64,000 bases of DNA. It comes from a bacterium (GTDB lineage Bacteria > Patescibacteriota > Microgenomatia > JAMCZE01). Where the stretch lies: contig JAKBJL010000002.1 of the NCBI GenBank assembly GCA_021836035.1, forward strand, positions 151,282 through 215,281. The letters are read 5' to 3'. Below the pieces are notes generated by a model that was not told where the DNA came from, did not search any database, and saw only the letters and a list, made by a program, of their open reading frames with translations. Shown in pieces: positions 34,305 through 43,710 of this stretch. Numbering within the stretch: position 1 is the first letter of the stretch; each line of letters begins with the position of its first letter. The translations under genes were made by a program, and so were the position numbers.

Positions 34305-34859
34305 TTACTTAGCAGGCCCCCCTACGGCCTTAGCTGCTTTACCGGCTTTGCGGCGAATTACTTCACCGATATATTTTATGCCTTTGCCTTTATAAGGTTC
34401 CGGTGGCCTGATCCGCCGGATTTTTGCCGCCGTCTCACCTACCAACTGCTTATCAATCCCGGAAACATTAATCTGATTTTGGTTAACGGAAAAAGTAATT
34501 CCCGGCGGCGCGGTAAACTTTACAGGGTGAGAAAAACCTACCGACAAAACTAAATTAGCTCCCGAAACTTCAGCCCGGTATCCGACGCCAACCAGCTCCA
34601 ACCCCTTATTCCATCCCTTATCCGTACCCCTAACCATATTCTCAACAAGCGTCCGGGAAAGACCATGCAGCGACTTAGCTTTAGCCGTATCGCCTTCTCT
34701 TTCCACCAGCACCTGATTACCGTCTACTTTTATCGCGACCTCGGGGCGAAAATCGTATGTCAAAGCCCCTTTGGGCCCGCTGACACTAACTTTTTGCCCG
34801 TCCACCTGAACGGTCACGCCTTCGGGAATTTTTACCGGTTTTTTGCCAACCCTGCTCAT
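34305..34859 (-). CDS. rplF: 50S ribosomal protein L6
   Basis: MSRVGKKPVKIPEGVTVQVDGQKVSVSGPKG. Confidence 0.9.
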   Translation of the reverse strand: MSRVGKKPVKIPEGVTVQVDGQKVSVSGPKGALTYDFRPEVAIKVDGNQVLVEREGDTAKAKSLHGLSRTLVENMVRGTDKGWNKGLELVGVGYRAEVSGANLVLSVGFSHPVKFTAPPGITFSVNQNQINVSGIDKQLVGETAAKIRRIRPPEPYKGKGIKYIGEVIRRKAGKAAKAVGGPAK

Positions 34860-34924
34860 AATTTTCAGCGTAAAGCGTTTAGCGTATCGAAATATTCTTT
34901 ACGCTTTCCGCAAACCGCCGATAT

Positions 34925-35305
34925 CTACCATACTTTACAAATTAATTCCCCGCCGATACCTTTTTTCTTAGCTTCCTTGTCAGTCATCAGTCCCTGCGGG
35001 GTAGAAATAACGCTGACCCCCATGCCGCCCAAAACCGTCGGAATTTTATCCTTGCCCACATAGACTCTCAGGCTGGGTTTACTTATCTGCTCCAAATCGG
35101 TCAGAGCCGGAACATGTTGTTCGTATTTGAGTTCCAGAACCAAATTATTCTCTTTTACACTGGCCATTTGCAGATAACCGCTTTTCACCAGCAAATTACA
35201 GATAGCCAGCACCATCCGGGTTTTAGGTACCAGGACCTCTTTCTTGCCGGCCAGATAGCCGTTCTTGATCCTTATTAAAGTGTCCGCGACGATATCGTTT
35301 ACCAT
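34925..35305 (-). CDS. rpsH: 30S ribosomal protein S8
   Basis: [16 protein letters not shown]. Confidence 0.9.
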   Translation of the reverse strand: MVNDIVADTLIRIKNGYLAGKKEVLVPKTRMVLAICNLLVKSGYLQMASVKENNLVLELKYEQHVPALTDLEQISKPSLRVYVGKDKIPTVLGGMGVSVISTPQGLMTDKEAKKKGIGGELICKVW

Positions 35306-35484
35306 GATGCTTTAACTACCCCGGGCAATTCCCCTTTGTGGGCTAATTCCCGGAAACAAATCCGGCAGATACCAAACCGGCGTAAATAACCGCGGCTTCG
35401 CCCGCAAAGGCTGCAGCGGTTATGCATCCGGCTTGAATATTTCTGCTTTTTTTTAGATTTTACGATAGCGCTTACTTTTGCCAT
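35299..35484 (-). CDS. rpsN: 30S ribosomal protein S14, zinc-binding type Z (61 aa)
   Basis: [48 protein letters not shown] (CxxC...CxxC). Start placed at the internal Met directly after the rplE stop. Confidence 0.85.
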   Translation of the reverse strand: MAKVSAIVKSKKKQKYSSRMHNRCSLCGRSRGYLRRFGICRICFRELAHKGELPGVVKASW

Positions 35485-35485
35485 A

Positions 35486-36022
35486 TTATTTTTTAAACGG
35501 CATACCCATTGCTTTAAGCAAGGCCAATCCCTCTTCCTTATTTTTTGCCGTAGAAACGATAGTGATTTCCAGCCCACGGAGACGGTCTATTTTATCATAC
35601 TCAATTTCCGGAAAAACGATTTGTTCGCGGATCCCCAGAGTAAAATTCCCCCGCTGGTCAAAACTTGAGGGCGCTACCCCTTGGAAATCCCGGACCCGGG
35701 GGAGAACTACGGTAACCAACCGTTTCCAGAAATCGTACATCTTCTGACCCCGAAGTGTAACGGAAACACCGACCGGATCCCCCTGGCGGAGTTTAAAAGC
35801 GGCAATCGCCACCTTGGCTTTGTTAATTACCGGTTTCTGCCCGGTAATAATCCCCAACTGTTCGCTAACCGCTTCTAAAGTTTTGGGATTGGTAATCCCT
35901 TCCGCTACCCCGACATTTAAAACGATTTTTTGCAACCGCGGTACGGCCATCACATTATTTATTCCCAGTTCTTCCCGTAACCGGGGGGTAACTTTTTTCT
36001 GATATTCTTCCTGTAAATTCAT
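35486..36022 (-). CDS. rplE: 50S ribosomal protein L5
   Basis: [30 protein letters not shown]. Confidence 0.9.
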   Translation of the reverse strand: MNLQEEYQKKVTPRLREELGINNVMAVPRLQKIVLNVGVAEGITNPKTLEAVSEQLGIITGQKPVINKAKVAIAAFKLRQGDPVGVSVTLRGQKMYDFWKRLVTVVLPRVRDFQGVAPSSFDQRGNFTLGIREQIVFPEIEYDKIDRLRGLEITIVSTAKNKEEGLALLKAMGMPFKK

Positions 36023-36040
36023 ATTTCCTTAATTTGCAAT

Positions 36041-36346
36041 TTATATCTCCTGTTCACATTTCCGGCAAATCCTGACCTTATCGTGGTCGGTTATCTTATA
36101 GCCGACTCTTGTTAGCTGTTTGCATTTCGGGCAAACCAAAGCTACATCAGACACCGGTAGCGGGCGGACAAAATCAACGATGCCGCCTTTTTGTCCCTCA
36201 GCGCGGGGTTTCATGTGCCGTTTAAAAAGATTGACTCCGGCAATGGTTACCCGGCGGTTTTTCGGCCAAACCCGCTCCACGGCTCCTTCTTTGCCGCTGT
36301 CTTTACCCTTAACTACCCTGACTTTATCGCCCTTCTTTAGTTTCAT
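36041..36346 (-). CDS. rplX: 50S ribosomal protein L24 with a Cys4 zinc-ribbon-like C-terminal hairpin
   Basis: KOW region MKLKKGDKVRVVKGKDSGKEG. C-terminus VCPKCKQLTRVGYKITDHDKVRICRKCEQEI (CxxC-N17-CxxC). Confidence 0.85.
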   Translation of the reverse strand: MKLKKGDKVRVVKGKDSGKEGAVERVWPKNRRVTIAGVNLFKRHMKPRAEGQKGGIVDFVRPLPVSDVALVCPKCKQLTRVGYKITDHDKVRICRKCEQEI

Positions 36347-36348
36347 AT

Positions 36349-36723
36349 TTAGAGAACTTCTGCCGCCATAGAAACTACCTTGTTAAACCCCCTGGCCTTC
36401 AATTCCCTGGCCACCGGACCGAAAACCCGCGTCCCTAGAGGATTTTTATCCTTAGGGCTGTCAATCACAATCCCCGCATTATCATCAAAGCGGATATAAC
36501 TACCGTCATCACGATGCGCTTCTTTATGTACCCGGGCAATTACGCAATAGACCATCTGCGAATCTTTAACCATCCCGTTGGGATCAGCACCGTCGACAAC
36601 GGCCTTGACGACATCACCGAGATAGGAAAACTTGCGCTTCGATCCGCCGTAAAGATGGATTACCCGAAGTTTATAAGCCCCGGTGTTATCAGCTACTTTT
36701 AAAACGGTTCTTCTTTGGATCAT
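36349..36723 (-). CDS. rplN: 50S ribosomal protein L14
   Basis: MIQRRTVLKVADNTGA. Confidence 0.9.
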   Translation of the reverse strand: MIQRRTVLKVADNTGAYKLRVIHLYGGSKRKFSYLGDVVKAVVDGADPNGMVKDSQMVYCVIARVHKEAHRDDGSYIRFDDNAGIVIDSPKDKNPLGTRVFGPVARELKARGFNKVVSMAAEVL

Positions 36724-37067
36724 TTTTTACTCCTTCTCCGGACGGTTACTTTTTTCCCCCTTGCCGGCTTGATAGCCCCGGTAACCTTTTCCGCTCTCTT
36801 TTCCGCTTTGACTTCCTGCGGTTTGGTTTTAGCACCGCCGATTATCTCCATAACCTGGAAATGGATCTCCCGGCTAAAGGGTTTTACCTCCGCGATATTT
36901 ACTTTATCACCAACAAGAACACCCGGAACTTCACAATGCGCTTTGATTTTTGTCGTCCGGATCATAATCTTCCGGTATTTGGGATGCGGCACAAAACGCG
37001 CTATCTCCACCACGACAGCCTTATTCATCTTGTTAGATAAAACCGTACCGGTTAGTTGCTTAGCCAT
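36720..37067 (-). CDS. rpsQ: 30S ribosomal protein S17 with Lys-rich C-terminal extension
   Basis: S17 core VVVEIARFVPHPKYRK plus a ~35-aa K/A-rich tail. Confidence 0.85.
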   Translation of the reverse strand: MAKQLTGTVLSNKMNKAVVVEIARFVPHPKYRKIMIRTTKIKAHCEVPGVLVGDKVNIAEVKPFSREIHFQVMEIIGGAKTKPQEVKAEKRAEKVTGAIKPARGKKVTVRRRSKK

Positions 37068-37266
37068 TTAACATCTCCTTTTCTCTGATTAAAGTTAAAA
37101 CCACGGCTGTTTTACGCCGCAAGTTAGCGACCGTATTGGTATTTTTTACCCGGCGCGCCCCCAACGCCATTTTCGCTTTTTCTGCTTCTTTCTTTATTTC
37201 CGCCAAAACCGTCTGTAATTCCGCGAGGGATTTTTGGCGTAAATCGTTTTTATCTTTGCTTTTCAT
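37060..37266 (-). CDS. rpmC: 50S ribosomal protein L29
   Basis: LRQKSLAELQTVLAEIKKE. Confidence 0.85.
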   Translation of the reverse strand: MKSKDKNDLRQKSLAELQTVLAEIKKEAEKAKMALGARRVKNTNTVANLRRKTAVVLTLIREKEMLNG

Positions 37267-37267
37267 A

Positions 37268-37684
37268 TTATCTGGTCCTGACGATAAACCGGGTTGCTAC
37301 CGGTAATTTATCCCCTGCTCTTCTGATCGCTTGCTCTGCCTGGTCGCGGGTCAGTCCTCCCATTTCGAAAAGAATCTGGCCCGGCCGGACAACCGCAACA
37401 TATTCCGCGACATCCCCTTTACCGCTGCCCATCCGCACGTCCAACGGCTTTTTGCTCACCGGCTTGTCGGGAAAAATCCGGATCCATACCCTTCCGCCTT
37501 TGGCGGTATAGTGCGTCAACGCTTTGCGGGCCGCCTCAATCTGCCGGGCACTTACCCAACCGCGGCTGGCGGCCAGCAGCCCGAATTCTCCGAAATCAAT
37601 ATTGTTGCTCCGCAGAGAATATCCGGGCATCTGCCCTTTGAACATTTTGCGGAATTTTACCCGTTTTGGTGCTAATGTCGCCAT
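37268..37684 (-). CDS. rplP: 50S ribosomal protein L16
   Basis: MATLAPKRVKFRKMFKGQMPG. Confidence 0.9.
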   Translation of the reverse strand: MATLAPKRVKFRKMFKGQMPGYSLRSNNIDFGEFGLLAASRGWVSARQIEAARKALTHYTAKGGRVWIRIFPDKPVSKKPLDVRMGSGKGDVAEYVAVVRPGQILFEMGGLTRDQAEQAIRRAGDKLPVATRFIVRTR

Positions 37685-37688
37685 ATAT

Positions 37689-38336
37689 TTAAGCCTTGCG
37701 GCAAATCCAAACTTTTACTCCGACGTAACCCGACCGCGTCAGGGAAGGTACGGAAGCAAAATCGATATCTTCCCGGATGGTCGACAACGGCAAAATTCCT
37801 GCCTGAGCGTGCTGCACCCGGGCTATTTCCGCCCCGCCGATACGGCCGCCCAGCCGGATACGCACCCCTTTGGCTCCGGCAGACATCACTTTTTCTATCG
37901 CCTGGTCCATAGCCCGCTTAGCCGGAAATCTTTTGGCCAATTGGTCGGCTACCATCTGTCCTACAAGCTGGGCGTCAAGATTCGGTTCCTTGACGGGTTC
38001 GACTTTAATATCGACTTTGGACGCCTTTTTATCGTCCGGATTAATTTTGAGAATATTTTTGACAATATATTTCTTCAAATCCTCCATCCCGGTTCCGCCG
38101 CGCCCGATAACCACCCCGGGACGGGCTACGTGGACTGTAATATCGATTTTGTTAATGGAACGCTCAATTTCTACCCGGGAAATCCCGGCAGTTTTAAGTT
38201 TCCCCATAAGCGCCCTCCGGAGCAGAATATCTTCTTTCAAAAGCTCCTTGTAACGCTTATCTTCGGCAAACCACCGGGAAGACCAGGTGTATAAACTGCC
38301 TAAGCGAAAACCGATCGGATGAACTTTTTTACCCAT
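37689..38336 (-). CDS. rpsC: 30S ribosomal protein S3
   Basis: MGKKVHPIGFRLGSLYTWSSRWFA. Confidence 0.9.
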   Translation of the reverse strand: MGKKVHPIGFRLGSLYTWSSRWFAEDKRYKELLKEDILLRRALMGKLKTAGISRVEIERSINKIDITVHVARPGVVIGRGGTGMEDLKKYIVKNILKINPDDKKASKVDIKVEPVKEPNLDAQLVGQMVADQLAKRFPAKRAMDQAIEKVMSAGAKGVRIRLGGRIGGAEIARVQHAQAGILPLSTIREDIDFASVPSLTRSGYVGVKVWICRKA

Positions 38337-38688
38337 TTTCTCCCTCCAAAATAACTTTAATATGCGCTGTTCTTTTCTGAATAATTCCTCTCTCGGCCCG
38401 CGAACTGTGGCTCGTATCCTGGCGCTTCATCCTGGTCCCCTCATCAACCAGGACATTCTTCACTTTCAAACTTCCCGCTTCCAGCTTGTTGTTGTTCACC
38501 GCGTTAGCTATCGCCGACTTCAAAGTAATAATCAAAGGCTTAACCCCGGCTTTCGATAGCGTCTGCAATTTCGCTAATGCCAACTCCACCGGAAGACCTA
38601 CAACCACTTCCCGGACCAAGCGCAACTTTCGCGGCGACATTCTTACGTGTTTTGAGATTGCTGTTATTTCTGTCATCTTAATTCTCAA
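38329..38688 (-). CDS. rplV: 50S ribosomal protein L22
   Basis: ISKHVRMSPRKLRLVREVVVG. Confidence 0.9.
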   Translation of the reverse strand: MRIKMTEITAISKHVRMSPRKLRLVREVVVGLPVELALAKLQTLSKAGVKPLIITLKSAIANAVNNNKLEAGSLKVKNVLVDEGTRMKRQDTSHSSRAERGIIQKRTAHIKVILEGENG

Positions 38689-38713
38689 CGCTACGCGATA
38701 TGCTTTAGGCTAT

Positions 38714-38998
38714 TTACGTCTTGCTCAGCTCCCTGGCAATTACCCTTCCGTGTCCGTGGAAAGTCCTGGTCGGGGAAAATTCGCCCAAACGGTGACCGAC
38801 CATGCTCTCTGTGATAAAAACCGGGGTATGTACTCTGCCGTTATGAACAGCAATGGTAACCCCGACAAACTCCGGCGGGATCTGGCAGGCGCGGGACCAG
38901 GTCTTAATCGCCTCTTTCGCGCCCCGGTTCTTCGCCGCAATAACCCTGGCCAAAAGTTTTTGGTCTACAAACGGTCCTTTTTTCGATGATCTGGCCAT
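38714..38998 (-). CDS. rpsS: 30S ribosomal protein S19
   Basis: [16 protein letters not shown]...[23 protein letters not shown]. Confidence 0.9.
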   Translation of the reverse strand: MARSSKKGPFVDQKLLARVIAAKNRGAKEAIKTWSRACQIPPEFVGVTIAVHNGRVHTPVFITESMVGHRLGEFSPTRTFHGHGRVIARELSKT

Positions 38999-39000
38999 AT

Positions 39001-39828
39001 TTATTTACTTCTCCTTTGTACGATATATTTGTTGCTGTATTTATTGTGTTTTCTGGTCCTGATTCCCCTCGCCGGTTTGCCCCAGGGAGTTTTAGGTTGC
39101 TTCAGCCCTACTCCGCTCCTGCCCTCTCCGCCGCCATGCGGATGGGTACGCGGATTTTGCGCGGTACCGCGGACTTCCGGCCGGTGGCCCAAGCGCCGGC
39201 TTCTCCCCGCCTTTCCCATTACTACATTTTTCCAATCAACATTTCCGACAGTTCCCACCGTAGCATAATTATCCTTATTAATCAGCCGCATTTCCCCCGA
39301 CGGTAGTTTCAAAGTAACATATCCGCCTTCTTTAGCGGTAACTATTGCCCCGTTGCCCGCGCCCCGGACAATCTGTCCGCCGTGTCCGGAAGACAATTCA
39401 ACATTGTGGACCACCGTTCCGATCGGCAAATTCTCTAAAGGCAAAGCGTTGCCTGTTTTTATTTCGCACTCCGGGCCGGCGGAAACTTTGTCCCCGACTT
39501 TCAGCCCTTCCGGCTGTAAAATATACCGCCGCTCTCCGTCGGCATATTGTATTAAAGCCACATTTGCCGTCCGGTTGGGATCGTACTCAATCGCCAGCAC
39601 GCTTCCGGGAACATTAAATTTATTGCGCTTAAAATCAACCAGACGGTAAAATCTTTTTTGTCTTCCGCCGTGATGCCGGGCGGAAATATGCCCGTAATTA
39701 TCCCGTCCGGACCTCTTCGGTAAAATCATTACCAGCGCTTTTTCCGGTTCCTGCGCCGTCAGTTCAGACCGGTAATCCAGCCCGGTCATAAATCGCCGAT
39801 ACATTGTTCCCCGCAGTTTTTTAAGCAT
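39001..39828 (-). CDS. rplB: 50S ribosomal protein L2
   Basis: [25 protein letters not shown]...[25 protein letters not shown]. Start set at the MLKKLRG Met; the ORF-track start at 39858 overlaps rplW by 38 nt. Confidence 0.9.
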   Translation of the reverse strand: MLKKLRGTMYRRFMTGLDYRSELTAQEPEKALVMILPKRSGRDNYGHISARHHGGRQKRFYRLVDFKRNKFNVPGSVLAIEYDPNRTANVALIQYADGERRYILQPEGLKVGDKVSAGPECEIKTGNALPLENLPIGTVVHNVELSSGHGGQIVRGAGNGAIVTAKEGGYVTLKLPSGEMRLINKDNYATVGTVGNVDWKNVVMGKAGRSRRLGHRPEVRGTAQNPRTHPHGGGEGRSGVGLKQPKTPWGKPARGIRTRKHNKYSNKYIVQRRSK

Positions 39829-40117
39829 TTTTTGCCTCCCCGACGTCAAATAAATCAATCTTTTGTCCCGGCTCTAACCGGACGATTGCTTTCTTCCAGG
39901 CTTTTGCCGGAATCAGTAAGCGCCGGCGTCCCGCCCGGCGGGCCTTGCCCCGAAAATTATTGGTTTTCACATCCAGGACTTTCACCTTAAATGCCTGGGC
40001 TACCGCCTGAGCAATCCCGCGCTTGTTGGTGTCCTTGTCCACTTCAAAAGTAAAGCACCCGGCAGCTGCATCCCGCATTGATTTTTCCGTAATGATTGGC
40101 CTTATCAATATATTCAT
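39821..40117 (-). CDS. rplW: 50S ribosomal protein L23
   Basis: [27 protein letters not shown]. Confidence 0.85.
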   Translation of the reverse strand: MNILIRPIITEKSMRDAAAGCFTFEVDKDTNKRGIAQAVAQAFKVKVLDVKTNNFRGKARRAGRRRLLIPAKAWKKAIVRLEPGQKIDLFDVGEAKNA

Positions 40118-40120
40118 AAG

Positions 40121-40874
40121 TTATTCCCCTTTTGTCCTTCTGCCTTTCAAAGTCTTTTTAGTTTCTCTCACTTTTTGCGTTTTCCCTGTCTCTGCGTTGA
40201 CCTTCTTTTCTTTGCTTTTCCTCTTCTCCTGTTTCTTATCTTTGAGCTCACTACCCGCTACTTTTGTCCCCTTAGTCGTCTGCGAAATTTTTCTTACCGC
40301 TTCCTCCATGAGCAAAACCTTTCCTGCTTTTAAAACTTCATAAGTATTCAGTTGGTTGAACGGCATAATCGTTACGCCGGCGATATTTCTTCCCGCCCGG
40401 ACAATTTTATCCTGAAAACCGTCCGTCACAATTAAAAAGTTTTCTGTCTGCTTTTCGCTTTCCGCTATACGCTTAATAAACGCGGCGACTTCCTTGGTTT
40501 TTCCCGGTTGTTTTTTCCATTTCCGCAATGACTTTTAGGTTCCCCGCCTTCGCCTGAGCGGAAAGAGCACCGTATAAAGCCAACCGGCGCATCTTCTTAG
40601 ATAATGCCAAACTGTAATCCCGCGGTTTCGGCGCAAAAGCAACGCCGCCACCGACGAAAATCGGCGCTTTCCGGTCTCCATGCCGAGCGCCACCGGTTCC
40701 TTTTTGGCGGTACAATTTTTTTCGCGTCCGCTCTACTTCCGCCCGGGTCTTCGCGTTTTGCGTCCCCTGCCGCTGGTTGGCAAGATATACCCGTACCGCC
40801 TGAGCTAACAGCTGTGGCTTGACTTCCAACCCGAATATTTCTTCCGGTAATTTGGTATTTTCGCTGATTTTCAT
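40121..40874 (-). CDS. rplD: 50S ribosomal protein L4, split into two ORFs (40473-40874 and 40121-40528) by a 1-nt frameshift in a T6/A6 homopolymer at 40511-40516
   Basis: N-terminal ORF ...QKGTGGARHGDRKAPIFVGGGVAFAPKPRDY...KAGNLKVIAEME. C-terminal ORF ...KTKEVAAFIKRIAESEKQTENFLIVTDGFQDKIVRAGRNI. Removing one A from gaaatggAAAAAAcaacc gives the continuous EMEKQPGKTKEV junction. Confidence 0.85.
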
Positions 40875-40908
40875 AATTGATTAAGAATTAGAAATTAGTT
40901 ATTAGAAA

Positions 40909-41511
40909 TTATATTTTGGTAATTTTTACTAATCCCCCTTTTGCTCCGGGAATAAGCCCCCGAATCAGAAGGAGGTTCTCCTCCGGTTTAATGTCAAATA
41001 CCGCTAAATTCCTGACGGTTTTTTGCGTATTTCCCATATGCCCGGCCATACGTTTGCCTTTATAAACCCGGCCCGGAGTGGTTGTTTGGCCAATAGAACC
41101 AGGATGGCGCTGCCGGTCCGACTGGCCGTGAGTTTTCGGGCCGCCGGCAAATCCGTGGCGTTTGACTACTCCGGCAAACCCTTTGCCCTTGCTGATTCCC
41201 GTTGCTTTGACCCGGTCACCGGAATTAAAAACGTCGGCAATCTGTACTTTATTGCCGACACCTTTCGTTTCCCCTTCAGCCATTTTTACCTCCCGGATAA
41301 AGCGGGGTGAAATTTTCTCCTGAATACTTTTCAGCATTCCGGCGGTCGGCTTTTTCAGGTGCTTTTTATGGCCGATCGCTACCTGGACAAAGTTATTGCC
41401 GGCCCGGATTACCGTATGCGGTTCAATTTTGACTATTGTCACCGGCACGCGCCGTCCTTCCTTATCAAAGGCCTGCGATTGATCCAATTTAAAGCCGTAC
41501 AGTGAATCCAC
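40909..41511 (-). CDS. rplC: 50S ribosomal protein L3
   Basis: GRRVPVTIVKIEP...VKRHGFAGGPKTHGQSDRQRHPGSIG. GTG start at 41509-41511 gives MDSLYGFKLDQSQAFDKEG. The ORF-track TTG start at 41544 sits immediately after the terminator U-run and is rejected. Confidence 0.85.
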   Translation of the reverse strand: MDSLYGFKLDQSQAFDKEGRRVPVTIVKIEPHTVIRAGNNFVQVAIGHKKHLKKPTAGMLKSIQEKISPRFIREVKMAEGETKGVGNKVQIADVFNSGDRVKATGISKGKGFAGVVKRHGFAGGPKTHGQSDRQRHPGSIGQTTTPGRVYKGKRMAGHMGNTQKTVRNLAVFDIKPEENLLLIRGLIPGAKGGLVKITKI

Positions 41512-41545
41512 GTTTGTAAGAGTTCTGTAAACCCGACAATACAAT

Positions 41546-41567
41546 AAAAAAGTCCCCGAACGGGGAC
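41546..41567 (-). terminator. Intrinsic terminator: GC hairpin gtcccc-gttc-ggggac followed by UUUUUU, 35 nt upstream of rplC
   Basis: Minus strand reads gtccccgttcggggacttttttatt. Perfect 6-bp stem, 4-nt loop, U6. Confidence 0.6.
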
Positions 41568-41926
41568 TTACCTTTATTCCCTACATCCGGCTACTTCAAG
41601 TAACGAGTTTAGGAAACTCTCTTATCATTACTTAACTGGGGTCTATTTTAACACGAAGCTAACCCAAGGCGCAAGTACAACATCTTTACCTTCGCAGGAC
41701 TCCGTTTACGAAGCTGGACATTCCTAAGGCTATCTTTAAATTTCCCTTCGATTAAAGTGGGAAAATCAAAATCTCCGTCCTTGGCTTATAGAGTAATTTC
41801 CTGCATATTTGCGCAAGTTAACTCTTTAAGATCTGCTTCCACAATTGGCTAAAAATCGCCTTTAGCAAGACTGCCTGAAGCGCCGCTTATGTGACACAAT
41901 CCCGCCTCCAATTGAGCGGGAAATTA
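41568..41926 (-). other. ~360-nt non-coding spacer between rpsJ and rplC. Candidate r-protein leader/attenuator or structured ncRNA ending at the 41546-41567 terminator
   Basis: No ORF of 60 aa or more on either strand, in a genome where neighbouring r-protein genes abut or overlap. rpsJ and rplC are normally adjacent. Confidence 0.3.
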
Positions 41927-42235
41927 CTACATTTTGATCTCAATACCCACCCCTGCGGGCAATTCGAGGTGCATGAGGGAATCAATAGTCTTATCCGTTG
42001 GCTCTATAATATCGATCAGGCGCTTATGTACTTTGACCTGGAAGTGTTCCTGGCTGTCCTTATCGGTAAAAGGGGATTGGCCGACGGTAATTAAGGATCT
42101 GTCTGTCGGAAGGGGAATCGGGCCTACCACTGAAGCGCCGGTACGGATGGCCGTATCCAGAATGAGCTGGCAGGTGCTGTCGAGCACCCGCCCGTCATAA
42201 GCCTTCAACTTAACTCTGATTCTCCCTTTCGGCAT
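41927..42235 (-). CDS. rpsJ: 30S ribosomal protein S10
   Basis: MPKGRIRVKLKAYDGRVLDSTCQLILDTAIRTGA. Start set at the second Met. Confidence 0.9.
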   Translation of the reverse strand: MPKGRIRVKLKAYDGRVLDSTCQLILDTAIRTGASVVGPIPLPTDRSLITVGQSPFTDKDSQEHFQVKVHKRLIDIIEPTDKTIDSLMHLELPAGVGIEIKM

Positions 42236-42320
42236 ATCAAAGAACAAAAAAGATGATAGTTGTAAAGACCCTAGCGAATCGTCAAAGACTTTTCACTACG
42301 CTTCGCTCATTCTATCATCC

Positions 42321-43508
42321 TTATGCTAATATTTTCGTTACGGCTCCCGCTCCGACGGTTTTCCCGCCCTCGCGGATCGCAAAACGCATCCCGTCTTCCA
42401 TGGCTACCGGCTGGATCAGCTTGATTTTCATCTTCGCGTCATCCCCCGGCATGACCATTTCCACGCCCTCCTGTAAAGTTACTTCCCCGGTTACGTCCGT
42501 AGTGCGGATATAAAATTGCGGGCGGTACCCGGAGAAGAACGGAGTGTGCCGTCCACCCTCTTCTTTGGTTAGGATATAAACCTGAGCTTCAAATTCGGTA
42601 TGCGGGGTAATCGAACCCGGTTTGGCAATAACCTGGCCGCGCTCGACCTGGTCTTTTTCGATGCCGCGCAAAAGCAGTCCGACATTATCTCCGGCCTGGC
42701 CTTCATCCAATTGTTTGCGAAACATCTCGACTCCGGTAACGACCGTCTTTTGGGTAGCTTTCAGACCGATAATTTCGACTTCTTCGTTAACTTTGATCTT
42801 CCCGCGTTCAATACGTCCGGTAACTACTGTGCCGCGGCCTTTAATGGAGAAAACGTCTTCTACGGGCATTAAAAACGGTTTATCCAGTTCCCGCACCGGG
42901 GTGGGAATATAGGAATCCACCGCGTCCATAAGCTCCATGATATGTTTTTCCTCTTCGGCATCGCCTTCAACCGCTTTAAGTGCGGAACCTTTGATCACGG
43001 GAGCTTTTTCTCCGTCAAAACCGTATTTCGTTAACAGTTCGCGGACTTCGACTTCGACAAGATCCAGAAGCTCGGGATCAGTTACCATATCGACTTTGTT
43101 AAGAAAAACCACAATCGCGGGAACGTTAACCTGTTTCGCCAGAAGCAAATGCTCGCGGGTTTGCGCCATCGGACCGTCAGCCGCCGATACCACGAGAATT
43201 GCCCCGTCCACCTGAGCCGCACCGGTAATCATGTTTTTAATGTAGTCAGCATGCCCCGGCATATCGATATGAGCATAGTGCCGCTTGTCCGTTTCGTATT
43301 CGACATGGGCGATATTAATCGTAACCCCGCGGGCTTTTTCCTCAGGAGCGCTGTCAATCTCATCGTAATTCATGGCTTTGGAAAGGCCTTTTTTGGCGAG
43401 GACTTTGGTAATTGCCGAAGTTAAAGTTGTTTTTCCGTGGTCCACGTGACCCATTGTCCCGACATTAACGTGGGGTTTGGTCCGTTGGAATTTTGCTTGC
43501 TCAGCCAT
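42321..43508 (-). CDS. tuf: Elongation factor Tu
   Basis: [42 protein letters not shown]. Confidence 0.95.
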   Translation of the reverse strand: MAEQAKFQRTKPHVNVGTMGHVDHGKTTLTSAITKVLAKKGLSKAMNYDEIDSAPEEKARGVTINIAHVEYETDKRHYAHIDMPGHADYIKNMITGAAQVDGAILVVSAADGPMAQTREHLLLAKQVNVPAIVVFLNKVDMVTDPELLDLVEVEVRELLTKYGFDGEKAPVIKGSALKAVEGDAEEEKHIMELMDAVDSYIPTPVRELDKPFLMPVEDVFSIKGRGTVVTGRIERGKIKVNEEVEIIGLKATQKTVVTGVEMFRKQLDEGQAGDNVGLLLRGIEKDQVERGQVIAKPGSITPHTEFEAQVYILTKEEGGRHTPFFSGYRPQFYIRTTDVTGEVTLQEGVEMVMPGDDAKMKIKLIQPVAMEDGMRFAIREGGKTVGAGAVTKILA

Positions 43509-43710
43509 TTTTTATCTTCCCTTTAATTTTGACCAAAAAGAACATCCTTTGTCAAGGCTATCTTTGATTTTGATCCGTGTTCAGCCGATCGCAATCGGCT
43601 TTAGCTGATTATATTGAGATTACCTTCCCTTTGCAAGAGTCAAAATATATTTCCATAATTTCAGCAATTCAATAAATTACTTAGTTGCGGGGTCACTCTG
43701 ATTTACTAAA

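Noticed and set aside
41512-41544. TTG start at 41544 for rplC
   Set aside because: It is located directly after the terminator U-run and adds MYCRVYRTLTN before a canonical L3 N-terminus. The GTG at 41511 aligns with L3 starts.
41571-41926. Known structured RNAs (RNase P RNA, tmRNA, SRP RNA, 6S) in the S10-L3 spacer
   Set aside because: I could not find the conserved primary-sequence blocks (RNase P CR-I/CR-V, tmRNA tRNA-like ends, SRP GGAAGCAGCCAAGG). Only a partial GGAAGCAG match is present. The region is left as an unassigned candidate.
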